From the human T2T-CHM13v2.0 reference genome, Homo sapiens: a DNA stretch of 64,000 nucleotides. Shown here in pieces: positions 16,162-31,420 of this stretch. The notes under the pieces are model-generated. The model did no database searches and was not told the DNA's origin. It was given only the letters and a program-made list of their open reading frames with translations. Location of the stretch: the NCBI RefSeq assembly GCF_009914755.1, contig NC_060933.1. The stretch is one strand, 5' to 3'. Within the stretch, counting starts at the first letter, position 1. Each line of letters starts with the position of its first letter. Position numbers and translations under genes: made by a program.

Positions 16162-17867
16162 AAGAGCGACATGTAAAGCTAGTAACCAGGAATCTCAGAG
16201 CTGCTGCTTCTTGATTAGAAGTCCCTTTTAAATTCGTCAGATCTATGTAGTGGGTTCTAGTAATCAACTTAATCACCTTGGGTATCCTTATCAATTGGAA
16301 CTTTTTCCCTCTGGCTCCTTCCTAACAAAAATCTAAATAAAATGATAAAGATTTGTGGAAGGAAGCCTAGGCACCAGCTTGAGATGGCCTAGAGGAAGCA
16401 AGATTCTTCCTGGTATTGTGGAAGCCATACCCCATCAACCCTACTTCTGAGGGCTGCTCTGCCTTACCCCTTCTGTTTAGGTAACCCATGTGTTTGGCCA
16501 CTGACGCTGGTCTGGCCCATCTTTTACCAGGTCCTTCACATAAATTTGGAGGTCAATACATTTCATTAAGAGGAGGTTGAGTTTCATTTGGAAAGCTGGA
16601 GAAAATATATTTTACGGAGGATCTTTCCATTTTAACTGTTAAAGCCCACATCTGCTCACTCTTGTGTGTTACTTGCACAAGACCTCTCTACGCATCATCA
16701 TCCACCTGCTCCAGAGTTGCCAAACAACTGGATTTTGGAAATTAAACAAAACATTAACTACTCAATTATTCAGGAAAGTTTCATAGTATTTCAGGAAATG
16801 GTTGTCAGACTTTCAACCCAAGAAATTCATGGCCAGTGTGCTAGTGAATAGAGCTACAAAAGCTTTATTAAAAATTTTTAGCTCTGAACTACATCCGACT
16901 GATGGTAACCAGAGACCTGATCGGAGAAGCTTAAACAGATAAGGGGTATATGTTTTGATATTAAAAAAAAATAACAGAGGTAGTCAGGATAAGGCTTGTA
17001 TGGTGACCACTGCCATCAGGAATGCAGACATCTTCCTCCTTTCTGCCTCACCATCCAGAAGGCAGCCACTCTTCTTGCAGTTTAGCAAAGCCTGAACAAT
17101 GTGAACAGTTACAGTGAGTTCCAGAGTGGGAGGATGGAGAGGCTTTGCCTTTGAGGGCAACAAGAGAGAAGAGTTAAGGAATATTTCCCCTGAAAGAGAA
17201 GAGGTTGGAAGTCAATGGATGCCACATATTTTTGTGCATATTTCTGTGTAGATTTCTGGATGATTAGTGGATCAAAAGGATCTTGATTCATATTTTTAAA
17301 TTGCTCTCCAGGGAGGTTGTAAAGCAGCAGTCCATGAGAGCGTCTATCTCACTGCCGCTCCTTGGTGATGCTTGCCCTCATCTCCCTATGTACCCCATGC
17401 ACTCATGCCTTCTCTCCTGTTTTCTATCAAGCCTCAGTTTCATGTATTACACTAAAATGTGATCACTGATAAAAACTGTAACTCTTTTAATGGTATTTGG
17501 ATTTCAACAGTTGTCGCAGACATCCAAAATTGACCATTGTAATTGCTTTACCTCATTTCCAGTTTGGGATTAAAAACAATATTTCATTGCTTTATTTTAT
17601 TTTAATGTATTACTAGTAAGTGGATTTTAAAAATATTTATTGGACTTTTGCATTTCTGCTGGAAATTCTCGCCCATATCCTTTGCATATTTAAAATGTGT
17701 AGTGTTAGGGTTTTGTTTCATTTCCAATTTACGCAGGCTCTTCTTGTGTTAAAGATATCAGTCCATTGTCTACCATATTGGTTACACACTGATCTTCCAA
17801 CTCACTGATTCATTCTTCAATTATATTCATCCTATTATTTATTCCATCTCTCATGTTCTCTATATAG

Positions 17868-18290
<423 letters not shown>

Positions 18291-19111
18291 AAGCTTTTTT
18301 AACATTCATTTTTTATTCTTATTTCCACAATTCTGCTGTAGATGAAATAGGAAGGGAGCATCTGTGTGAGTTTAGGTGAGTCAGAGGAGAGGGGAGGGAT
18401 GAGCCCCAGGTGGAGCCCTGGGTACCCACAGAACCACTGTTGATCTGTGCCATTTGCTGCCAACTCACTATGCAGCTTCTCTGGTCAGGGTTGCACCATT
18501 AAAAACATAGGAAGAAGGGGCCCTATGGGAAGGGAGACTCCCCTCTTCGTTGTCAGCAATAGCTCCGGGATTGAAGGAGAGCAGAGGATTACTCAGCCTT
18601 GTGTCTCTTTTCTTTCAATGTCTTGTTCCTATAAGGCTTAGTGCCTGCATCCAAACCATCCTGTGGACACTGGCAGAGGAAGTGTGGACAATTGCAGGAT
18701 TTTTTGCAGTAAAGAGTCAGTTGCTCTCACACAGTGTCTAATTTACATTAAACATAATGGACACATAGTTCTTTTTAAAGTGAAAAGATGATAGAAAACA
18801 GAACACATAAAACATAAAAAGAAAAAGAAAAAGAGTCAATTGGTGGTTGCCCCAAGTAACCTAGGGAAGAGGCCTGTGCAGAATTTAATCAGCTTTTCTG
18901 CAACTCCTCTTTTCACTATTGCCTCGGGTCACCCTTCCTCTCAGCTGTAGCCACCCATCTATCCTAGCACAAAACAAGACAACCTTGTCTATTTAGGGAC
19001 ACCTTGCATTTTTTAAATTACTAGTTTCCAGAGTTCTTGTTTCCTCTTGGTTCTGGGGTTTCTCCAGGACTGATTTTGGAGGAAGGAGACAGCAGCCTGG
19101 GTAGTTGGTCA

Positions 19112-20165
<1,054 letters not shown>

Positions 20166-22774
20166 GTTGAGCTGAAAATTCCAAGGGCAGCTGGTTCACC
20201 TGTACTTGTTTTCATTAATTCATCCCAGCAGGGCATCTGTGTTACCTGATATACTACCTTTGCCTCTTGTGAGACATGCATTCCTGAGCTTTGGAGCCAA
20301 ATTCCCCTAGAATCCACCAAAAGGGCCTTCTTTCTCTCTCGAGTCTCCAGGAGGTCATAAGAACTCTTATTAAGAAGACATTTCTCGGTCTGGCTTGGAG
20401 GAAAGCCGTGCATTTGTCCCAGGCCCTTTGACCTTCTCTCTCCTCTGTCACCCATAATAGAGACTTAATAGACATGCCTAGCAGGGCCAGACTATATAAA
20501 AATCTATAAGCCATTAACCATAGCTGTATTAAACTAATAAGAATCAATTCCCACACTTGCTTTCAAAGGATGCTGGGCTTCAGAAGTGACATGAAAAGTG
20601 ACAGTCTGCATCTGGGCTGTGATCAGAGGGGTCTGGCCTGGAGCAGTCAGCTCCTCAGAGTTCACAAATTGTCTGACCCTCAGGAGAAGGCTCTTGGCAT
20701 AACCTTAGGAGGATGATTCATCAGGAGTCGAGAAGTCCATTCCTTAACATGGACAAGAAATGAAGGGTCCAGGAAAGATTGAAAAGGGAATTAGTAATGG
20801 CCAAGCTCCCGAAGTCACTGGGCTTTGAAAACCCTGAGTTTTGCTTTGCCGAACAGCTCTGGGTTGCATTATGCCTATTGATCTTCCTGAGCTTTCGCAG
20901 CCTGTAAATGATGAGCCTTTTAGCGCACTCCATGACTGAAGGGCACACAACTGTGAGAACAGCTCATTTCATTTTTTTCAATTTATACAAAAGATGCTGT
21001 GGCCCAAGCCCTCTAGGCACCCATCTCAATACATAAATATGCCAATTAAGCTAAATGGAGATCCTGCAGGTTAAAAGTGCCTCATAAAAGAAGGAGGCTT
21101 TTTCAAAGCCAGAAAGTTTATCCACAGAAGAAACACCAAATCAACAAAAGTGGATCCATGCCAAGCCATGAAGGCCAGAAAAACAAGGCTTCTGGGATCC
21201 AAAAAAGAAGAAAAACAACCATTAGTTGTTCCCTAGAAAACTGGGGAAAAAATACCTTTTAGCTGTGACTTCAGGATTCCAATCAGATGCTACTATTATT
21301 ATTATTTTTTTCATTGCATTTTCCTGGGCAGGGTTGATGGTTGGGGTGGGTGAGTGGGAGAGGGAGGAAATCAGTCCTAAAGCTGAACTGATACAAAAGT
21401 GTCTCAGTTACCCACCAAATGTCACAAGGGCAGGTGTGGGCAAATCAGTGTTAGTTAGATATGCTATAGCCTTGCCACTCAAGCATGGCCCATCACACTC
21501 ATGCCTGGCAGCCACAGTAGCTGCATCAGCTGGGGATGGCTAAAAGTAGAGAATGCAGGCCCCATCCCACATTATGTTAGCAAGAGACTGCATTTGGCCA
21601 AGATCCCCTAACGATTTGCCTGCATATTAAAATGCCAGAAGCCTTGACCTACACTAAATGGCCAGCCTGATACTCACCATCCCATCTCTGGAGAACTTAT
21701 ACTCTTTCTGCCTACCCTACAGCACTGAGGGAGTGGAGGTCTGGATCCAGGGAATGGGCTAAGGGAAAAAGATAGACAAATGGGTTTTTGTCCAGCTTTT
21801 AGTCAACTTCAACTGAGTGTAAGAATCTCAGGAGATGCTTCTGAATGGATTTATATACTCAGACTTGTCCATCATACATCTCCAAATCTTTGATGATCAG
21901 CTTCCAATCAAAAACTAGGTTTCTTGGGTCATCTTTAACACCTTATTTGGGGTCTGAGGAAATAGCCTCCACTATTGGAGGGCACTGAGGAAAAGTTTGG
22001 CAGTTTAGAGAGCAACAGATGGTAGCAGGTGAAAGGATTTTTACTTTATGTTCTTGGCCCTTGGATGTGCTTTTGTGTGAGCCAAGAATGTTGTATAGTT
22101 CTTCCAATGTTTCTCCCACTACTAATACTAAAAAGGCTTAGAAATGCCACAGACCCAACAACATCACCAATGTTATCAAAACCATTTCATGAAACTCCAA
22201 GCATCTTTGCTCACTCACTCAGTTACTCCCTCAGCCATTGACTCTGTGAGCATTTATCCATTATCTACTTGTCATAAACCCATTGCTCTGGGATTGCTGC
22301 CCTCTCGTCTACTTTCTTTTCCTGCCAAAATTTACCCATAGTCATCAATAACTGCCTTCCTTTCCTGAGACCTTGCTGTCTTTATTTCTCTGCCATCTGT
22401 CTCTATCCCCATGTCTCTATAGAAATAAGCCTTGAAAATCCCTTCTATCTCTTTGCCAAATGCAAGACAGAAATTCTTGACCATCCAATTGGAAACAAGA
22501 ACTAAGGGTCGTACTCTCTCTGTGGCTTCCACGATACTGCATTTTATCTGCTTTCTTACTCCTGTAACTTCTCTCTTTCTTTGCTGTCTCTATTTCCTCT
22601 CATTATTCATCTTCTCCAAGTTGAAAGAGCAATCACAAAGTTTTCAATTTCCATCTACAGACTCATAGAGTAGATAGGCAGTGGGGCAAGCACTCTACTA
22701 CACATTTAACTTACATTTTCAGTTAAAGTCACAGCATGCCAACAAGTAATAGTTCTCATTACTATTTTATTTTG

Positions 22775-23062
22775 TTTATGTTTTAAATAGAGACAGCGTC
22801 TCACTCTGTCACCCAGGCTGAAGTGCCATGGCATGATCATAGCTCACTGCAGCTTTGATCTCCTGTAACTTCCTCTCACCTCAGCCTCCTGAGTAGCTGG
22901 GACTACAAGGCACACAACAGTATGCCTGGCTAATATTTTTGTTTTAAAATTTTTTGTAGAGATGGGGTTTCACTATGTTGCTCAGGCTGGCCTCTTAAAC
23001 TCCTGGCCTCAAGTGATCCTCCCACCTCAGCCTCCCAAAGTGCTGGGATTACAGGCCTGGCC
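22775..23062 (-). mobile_element. AluJ-like, within a MIR-like fragment
   Basis: GATCATAGCTCACTGCAGC and CTCAAGTGATCCTCC (AluJ type). Confidence 0.92.
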
Positions 23063-26000
23063 CATTATTTTAAAGACAATAAACTCAAGGCTCAAAGGAA
23101 GTAGGTAACTTACTCAAGGTTACAGAGCTTGTTAGTGGGGAGCCCAAGCCCATTACATCCAAAATATAACCAGCAGGAATCCGTTGCCCTCTGAGGGAAT
23201 CTAGAATAATGGGAGCTGAAAGTACTGACCAAACTGTCAGGGCAATAGAAATCCTGGATGGATGGAGGGCTTGGTATGAGGGCTGGAGGGAAACTGGGCC
23301 GTAGAAGGAGTCACATAAGCGTTCTAGTCAGAACTGACTGAGGCTGGTGGAGCAAGCTGGGATGGGGGCTGCTTTATGGGAGCTAATGCTGAGATAAGGA
23401 AATCAGTCACTTCAGTGGAGGAGAAGCTTGGGTCTAGAGACAATCTTACCTGTTTCACCTATATGCTCTTGAACCCACTTTACCAATTTCCAAGTAGGTA
23501 TTATCACAAATTAATTCAATCCGGTGAACGCTATTGTGAGCTTTTTCTGTGCCTCATGGCGTCTAGTTGGCAAAAGGGGAAAGACCACGTTGATTTAACT
23601 ACCCTAAACCTCAATATCAGAGAGACATGGTGTCCAAGCCAAGCTCTACCACACAGTTGCTATAAGGTACTGTACAAGTTATATATCTCTCTAAACCTGT
23701 TTTCTTATCTGTAAATGGGGATGATAATAGTTTGTTACTCATTCAATTGATGCAATGTCTAAATAGATTATGCTCAAGAAGCACTTATTACATAGAAATA
23801 CTCCCTGAAATGTCTGATAGACTGGAGGCTGGCGGGGAGGGGAATAAGACACAGTCTTTGCTCTCAAGGGCTTATAATGGGGTGGGAGAGGGTAGGGAAA
23901 AGACCTTGAACTGGGCAGTTTAAACATTTACCCATATTTGTCTCATGGGATTTTCATGGGGAAGCATTTGTTGGGTAAATGTGTGAGATGACAGATTCTA
24001 TCTTTATCACACTGAACAGCAGAATGACAAAAAGGGACGGAAATGGTGGCGAACCAGATTCTTCCAGCTCATCAGAAGTAATAAACTTCTAACAATAAGA
24101 ACTGTCAAACAGCAATGAAAGAGGGAGTTTTCCAACACTGCAATTGTATAAGTCAAAGATGGATGGCCCTTAGTAGGAAATGTTTTACAAAGGCATTCGC
24201 TGGAACGAAAGACTGAATTTATGTTGTTTTGCTCCTCCCCATCTAGCTGGCCTTTATGTACGAGAGACTCTCAAGGTCAGGGCAACCTCCTCCTCCTCCT
24301 CTTTTCTTTCATCTGCTCCTACTGGCCACTCTCTCACTTCTATCTTCTTCTGAGGTCTCTCTTCTGAGCTCCAGACACATGAATCCTATTGCTGATTGAA
24401 CTCAGAAGGCTCCAATTCCCCAAGACCCAAAAGGAACCTATGATCTTCCCCCACAAAACCTGGTCCTTCTCCAATCTGTGAACCAGAACTCAAAGGCATT
24501 TCACAGGCATGTCACTTTCAAAGGACTTCCCTGCCGTGTTGCAAGGCAAAAGTGAGAGAAGGTACTGTCGGTAGAGGGAGATGTCAGATAAGAAAAGAAC
24601 CTCACAGCCTCTGTCAACACACTTTTCAATCGTGGATTTTTTTAATCTAAAAAAAAAAAAAAGGTTTTAAAATCTGCTATATTTTGAGTTTTGAAAAAAA
24701 TTAATGTTGCTGTTTTATAACCTCTGACAAGGTTTTATTCTATAGTTGGACAGGTTCTTTCTGTTAATTTGCCTTATGCAAGTGAAGCAATTTTTGTATT
24801 TGCGTTTTAACGTATATGATACTCACAAACACACCCATTTAGCCCGACTTCCCCCCAGTGCTACCCATTGCATATGCCACCCACAAAGCCCAACTGGGTG
24901 TGGCTGAGTCTAAGCAAGACATAATCATAGAGGCAGATCTGGAGAGGAAGACACATGCCACAGGCCAGAACACAGGTTCAGCAAGATTCTCACTCTAGTT
25001 ATGTGTATCACTGTTTCTCACTGTCACAGGCAGTTCCTTAGACAGGCACACGATCCAGCCATAGTAAGCGTGTGTGGCCAGCCCCATTCCTGGCTTCATT
25101 TTGTCCCCATCCTTGTGTTTCTGTGTAATTTTGCCTAATTATAGTTTATACTATATTATTACATACACTTTATGGAACGAGCTCAAATCCTTTTGGAAAA
25201 AGGCAGGATAGATGAATAGATGGGTGGGTGGGTAGATAGGTAGGCACTCTTTACAGCCACCTAGGAAAAGGGCTATTGATAAATCTTTACTGTTTCCATC
25301 GATTGATTTCCACTTAGAATTCCCCTCTCTTCTTTTCTTCCTCTAATTCAGTTTCTCTTTGCACTCATCTTCCTCTCTTGCCTCCATCCCTGCTTCTCAC
25401 CTCATCTCTGGGCCAAGATGGGGTTTGGGCTGACTGCAGGCTTAACACTATTAGAACTTTCCAGAGAGAGTCCCTCAACCATGTTCCAGAAGTGCTAAGC
25501 CAGTATTAATTTCCCTGGCTACTTTCCTGCCCTTGTTTCATTTCCTTATTCCCCCCGATCTTCATTCCAGAAAGATCATTTCCCACTTGTATCCCACCCA
25601 GGTTGGCATGAGTCTGCTTTTCTCTAAGACTGAGATCAATTTTATCTTGAGGCATTTGGGCATTAACTGTCATAAAATAGATAAGAATTCTGGAGGATGG
25701 GGAGTCTTGAGACAAGAACTGTCAGAGAAGAAAGAACCCCAAGTGCTTTCTTCTGGTAGAATGGACATATACTGGGAATGTCCCGTAGTTCTGGAAAATA
25801 TAATGCCCATGCGTGCCCACGTGCACACACACACACACACATACACCCCACACACGATCAGATTCATCACATTTTAGCCATGCCATGAACCCTCACACAT
25901 TCCCACAAATTTACTCTCAAAGGGAAGAACTGTCTTCAACTATTCAGCTCTCTCTTTCTCATCAGGACATGGCTTCATACTGGATTAGTTCATGCAAGAT

Positions 26001-27181
26001 AAAGCTGAATGAATCAGCCAGTTCAAAAGTGGAGCCTCACAATCCTCTAAGAAAGAGAACTTTCAGTCAGAAAACATGTAATGAGTACCTACTGCATGCA
26101 AGGAAACCTAATAGGCAAATGCAGTGAGGGTGGAGGAAGACACATGAAGATGTGTGCAAGTCAGTCTCTTAAGACTCTTCAGGGAAAGCACCAAAAGCAA
26201 AATATTTATTCAAGATTGGCGATTTAGAATCAGCAGATGTGACGGATTATGATTGTTCTTGGCATTCATTGCCACCACATTAATCAAGCCAGATTCTTTC
26301 ACAATTTACATGGATACATTGTTGCCTTTGAGATAAGAGACAACTATGAATACCGACTCTCCAGGAAAGGCAGTTACCATCAGTCAAGTCCATTACTGAG
26401 TCACCAACAGCTAGGAAAATGTTTATTCCCAAACCGCTGGAAGAAGGGGCAGACCAGACAGGGAACCAGTAAGCATTTTTTTTTTTCAGGGAAAAAAGGA
26501 AAGAAGCAACAAATTGGGGTATCAGTGCAGACAAACTTCAGGCAACTCTCCCCAAGATTGTGGCCCTCAAAGATACTGGGCAGAAAAGCCTAAAATATAC
26601 TGCTTATTTTCTTTTGGTTTAGCTGCAGTTGCTATATTTTAATACAAAGCTATGTATTACCTATGCTATAAATAAAAGAACCAAAAACCTACTCTGGCCA
26701 CACAGTTGTTCACTAGCCCTCAATCTTGAACATTTTGTGATAGGTCCTCATTTGGGTTTAACCCTCTTCCCACAATGTGTCTCTCTCAAATTCTTGAATT
26801 GGAATATTTTCATTTCAGCCTCTCTGAGTTTGGCATTGATAATGCTTCTTCTTTTGTGCTTAGCTCTGTGGTCTGCTTTGATAGTCTCCTTTCTAAGAAA
26901 CTGTCTGTTTCCTCCCTGTTTCTAAGATTAGGCAGTAAAATAATACAGTTTTTTTCTCTGCTTGGAGCCACCATCACCCCCTAATGTATTATGACAGTGT
27001 ACATAAAAGTGCTTCATAAAGAGTAATGCAATGCACAAATGTTAATTGACAAGATTATGAGTAGCTGTTTTAAGTATCCCAAGTTGACTTCCAATCGCAA
27101 TTTCTGTTACTAGGTCAAACATAAAATAAAATTGCCCTCCTTGCTTCTGTGATGACTGAACCATTCAGGCACAATGCTATT

Positions 27182-28377
27182 GTACCCTCACCCACGGTGG
27201 GGTGGAAGGGCATGGTGTTGAAGATATAATCTGATGGTCACTTGTGGTAGAATTGCAGGTTCCGGCTGTGTTGGATGAAGGGGAGCCAAAGGCCAGGTTG
27301 GCTTGTAGCTGCAAAGCCCGACTTTCCTGCTGGTTGCATCTGCACAGAGAGCTGTGGGGAAGCAAGGAGTCCAGGGGTTGGATGCAGAGCCTGGGGGTGC
27401 ATGGGACGCAAAGAGGATGGGTGGGAGAGGCCAGTCTGCTGGTTAGCATGTTCCATCTGCTTTTGCAAGGATAGGGCACCACCAGGCTGTAGGAAATCTG
27501 TCTCAGTGGGCTGAAAGTGGCTGTGCAGGACACAGGGCTGTGGCTGTGGCTGAGATAGGTAATGCACTGCAGGGAAAGACGAAGGAGCTCTGAGCTGCTG
27601 ACTAGGACTATAAGCTGGCTGTGTGTGCCTATAGTGAGGTGGGGGCTAAGCAGTCCCATAGGCACCACCAGGACTGCCTTGGAATTGTCCATGCTCTGGT
27701 GTCTCCGCAAAAGCAGTTGCTGGGCCAACGTAGTGCCGGATCGTAAGCAATTTGGGTCCAAACATTTGTTTGGCTCTGTCAGCTGCCATGAGGGTGCCTG
27801 GGCGATTGTGTCCTCCAGGGCTCCCCTGCGTGCTGAGGAGTAATGTACCTGTGTGAACAGTCAGGCTCTGCTGGTATGCAGCTGATGTCAGGGTGGTCAG
27901 GTCACTCTGTTCCTTTCGCCTCCGTTTTTCTTCCTCATGTAAAACTTCCTTGAGCTGCAGGAAAAGCTGGTGCTTCTCTTCCTGTAGGGCCAAAAGCTTC
28001 TCCTGCAACTTCAGAATTTGTTCCTTGGTCTCCTCTAGTGACATTCTCTCCTCCATCTCCTTTTTCTTCCTTCTCTCCTGTTCTTCCTTCATCTTCTGTT
28101 CCGTCATCTTGTCCACCTCTTCTTTCTCCTGTCGCTTATGCTCCTGCTCCATCACAATGTGCTTGGTGCAGTGTTCTGGCCATGGCGTTGGAAAGCTTGG
28201 GGTGCTCCAAGACTGCGGGCATGGTGCTGCCGTGGGCGCTCGGGCCTTGGGCGTCTGGCTCTGTCTCTGACTCCAGACCTCAAACAGGGACCGCCTTCTC
28301 TGTGCTTTCTCCGTGTCTCCTGTGCGCCCTGGCCTCTGCGTCACAGCCCGCGGCTGGGCCGAATCCTTCCAGAGTCC
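27182..28377 (-). pseudogene. GPS2P1: GPS2 (G protein pathway suppressor 2) processed pseudogene
   Basis: Intronless copy with 5'UTR. Native ATG at 28222 (MPAVLEHPKLSNAMA), 1-nt insertion at ~28163, then EEVDKMTEQKMKEEQERRKKKEMEERMSLEETKEQILKL..., premature TAG at 27648-27646, in-frame ...FIQHSRNLQFYHK* ending 27238. 12-bp TSD CACAATGCTATT at 27170-27181 and 28378-28389. The P1 suffix is from memory of the locus. Confidence 0.95.
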
Positions 28378-29789
28378 CACAATGCTATTATAACAGCCGG
28401 GAATCATTTGAAAACGAGCTTCTCTTCACTTGGCGTGTCAGGTGGTCATTTTAAAAACCGGGCTCTATGTTTTTATATATTGGAATTGGTTCAGATTTAA
28501 AAGGCACACGCCCCCTGCTTGGAGAGGGACTCAGGCAAGCAGTGGGGAGTGGGACATCAAACTAGGGTCATGGGGACCTGGTTCCACGGTAAATCCTGAT
28601 GGAAGCATCGCAAGAATGGCCAGCCAAGAGGGAGGCGTTTTGCAATACAAGGCCAATTTTGACAAGGGACAGGTGGTGATTCTGGCAGCTGATTAACTTA
28701 AGAGAGAGCCAACCAAGGACCTGAGCCAGCCAAGGGAGTGCTGGCAGGAGGGCAGGGCTTGCCCAGAGGTTCTGGAAGGGAGGGGATGATAGCAGGTGGA
28801 TACATCAGTGACGGCAAGGTTCCATGACATCCCTGGGAACTTGTGTCAGAATGCTTAGGCACAAATGTCACATCTCCTATATTTATTCTCCCAGGTCTCT
28901 TCTGCCTCCTCATAGGTCAGCTGTATTCAACAGACACTCCAGACACATGGGAACTCAAGTTAGACTCTACTTACCATGCTTACTACCTAAGAAATAACTG
29001 CTTTTCTAAAAAAAAATTATGAATTCAGAAGCTGTTAGTGGATTTGCAAAAACCTACTTCTTTCCACGTTGGCAGATTTCTGGCTTTGTAGATGCAGAAT
29101 AGCATGTGGGTAAAACGCCACTTGTGTCAGAAGGTGGAGGGTGGGAAGACTGTGCATGTATGTATGGAGGAATGACAAGAAAGTAATAACATTAGTTTCT
29201 TTGGGGGGAAGTGAACTGGAAGGTAGGAAACAGTGATCAGTTGGAGACATCATTGTGCATCCTTTTTACATTTTGAATTTTGAACCGTCTGAATCTATTG
29301 TATTTATTTGAGTTTATTGTATTTAACAATTCAAAAGTTAAATTTAAATAATTCCCAGCACTGTGATCATCTGTCACCTTGATGGCTGATGAGGTGAGAG
29401 CTGTGACTTTCTCACCATCACACTCATCTTGATGGCCATGTTTTTGGGGGATCCAACATTATCATCGGCTGTCATCAAGTGCATAAACCCTTTCTGAGTT
29501 TGTGAAGAACAGATGTATTTATTTACTCTTTCTCTTTTTGTTCATGTCTCTCCTGAGGATGTGGTTTACTATTACTTTATATGGAGATTCTGGCAGGGAA
29601 AAATTTGTTCTCGGAGTGGTCTGTCTGGCAGGTGTACATTCCCAGTCTTGGGGATATGATTCAGAAGAAGACTCAAGCCCATATGGAGTCTACAAATACC
29701 AAGCTGGGGGCCCAAGTCTAACCAAAATTGGAGGGCATGAGGTGTTATACACGTTGTCAAGGCAGAGGTTCAGATACAGGGACCCTACT

Positions 29790-31420
29790 CCTACTCCATT
29801 TTTTTCTGCTGTTCTTCCCATTGAAACTCCTGGGAAAAGCTGTCTAGATTCTCTACTTGGTCACATCCCCTTTAGTCTTCACTCCTGAAATGGTTCTTAT
29901 CAGGGTCACTGATAACTTCCATGCTAGGTATTCTAATGGCCAAATCTCTCTTTTCATCATATTTGAACTTATAGCCACATTTGACACAAATTGTCATCTT
30001 TCCTTCTTGAAGCAATTTTCTTCATGTTACTGCATGCCTCCTACCTTACTGGGTAAAGCTCTCAGTCTGCCTGATGACCCTTTCTTCTCTGTCCAACTTT
30101 TAAATGTTCAAATTCTCTGCTCCTGCCTCTCATCTCTATGCTATCTTCAAACGGTCCTATGCTTTATCATCTGCATGCTCCCTGATTTTCCCAACCCTGT
30201 CTCCAGATAAGGTTTCTCCTGAGTTCCAGATACACGTGTCTAACTGCCAGCCCAATAGCTCCACTCGACTGCAAGTGGCCATCTCAAACCTAATATGCTC
30301 ACAACCAAACTCTCGATTTTCCCTCCCAAACCTGCTCCTGGCCTCCCCTTTACCATTTTATTAAATTTTACCATTTTATTAAATGACACTGAGTTGCTCA
30401 GACCAAAAACCTGGGAGATGACCTTTGATTCTTCTTTCCCTCTGCTACCGACAGCCAATCTGTCAGCAAGTTCTGTTACGCTGTCTCCAGAATAGATCCT
30501 GAGTCAGGTCACTTTTCAGCAACTTCACTACTAAAAGCCTAGTCTTAATGCCCCGTCTCTCATTTGTTCTATCACAATAGCCTGCTGACTGATTTTCTTG
30601 CTTCCTTTCTTGCTCACATACAGTCTGCTTATCAAAAGTAACTGCAGTGAACAGTACACACGATCAATCCAATCTGCTTCAAACCTCAGACTTCTGTTCC
30701 GTCTGCCAGAGTTCCTTTCTCTAAATCTTTATATGGCTATGCCTCATCAGCTCAACTACCAGCACTTCTGTGAGGAGTCTCTGAGCACTGCTGCGTAAGC
30801 AGCAACCTCCAAGTCACTCTGCATCCAGTTTCCCAGTATAATTTTCTTCATGGCACTCATCATTTTCTAATACTTTACATATTTGTTTGCTTATATGTTT
30901 ATTGCACATATTCCTCCTACTAAAATGTAAAAGGGAGGTGCTTGGGATGATGCTGTATTAGCTAGGGTAGGCTTGGTCATTCTGCAATAAGAAAAAGTCT
31001 CAATCCTCTGTGGTTTTAAACAACAGAGGTTTATTTTTTGCTCAAACTACATGTATAACATAGGCTGACAGGAGAGATTCTCACCTCACACATATTCAGA
31101 GGCTCAGGCTGAAGGAGGCCATACCGTGTCATGACACTGTCAACACAACAGGACTCCTACAATTACTAAGGAGGAAGAAGAGGTACAAAGAATCTCACAC
31201 CATCTCTCAAATGCTTCCACATGGAGGTGACACACATCACTTCTGCTCACAGTAGATGGGTCATGGAAGTCATAAGGCCTTGTCTCATTTCAAGGGGCCT
31301 AGGAAATAAAATCCTCACGTTTCCAGAAAGAGAAGAAAACTGGGAATATTGGCAGGTAGCACGTACACCTACCACAATGCCTAGCTGAGAGTAAGTACTC
31401 CATAAATATTTATTATAAAT
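29790..31420 (+). mobile_element. L2 (RT remnant to 3' end), interrupted by an MLT1 LTR
   Basis: ORF 29857 contains SNGQISLFIIFELIATFDT (L2 RT LDLSAAFDT-like). L2-type end CCATAAATATTTATT at ~31405. Confidence 0.8.
30954..31376 (-). mobile_element. Old MLT1 (MaLR) LTR
   Basis: TGTATTAG...ACCACA termini and internal GGAGGTGACACACATCACTTCTGCTCAC. Confidence 0.7.

Noticed and set aside
27893-28500. Plus-strand ORFs (120-138 aa) over the GPS2 copy, and minus-strand ORF 27177-27761
   Set aside because: These are antisense or alternate-frame shadows of a GC-rich coding-derived sequence with no independent support.
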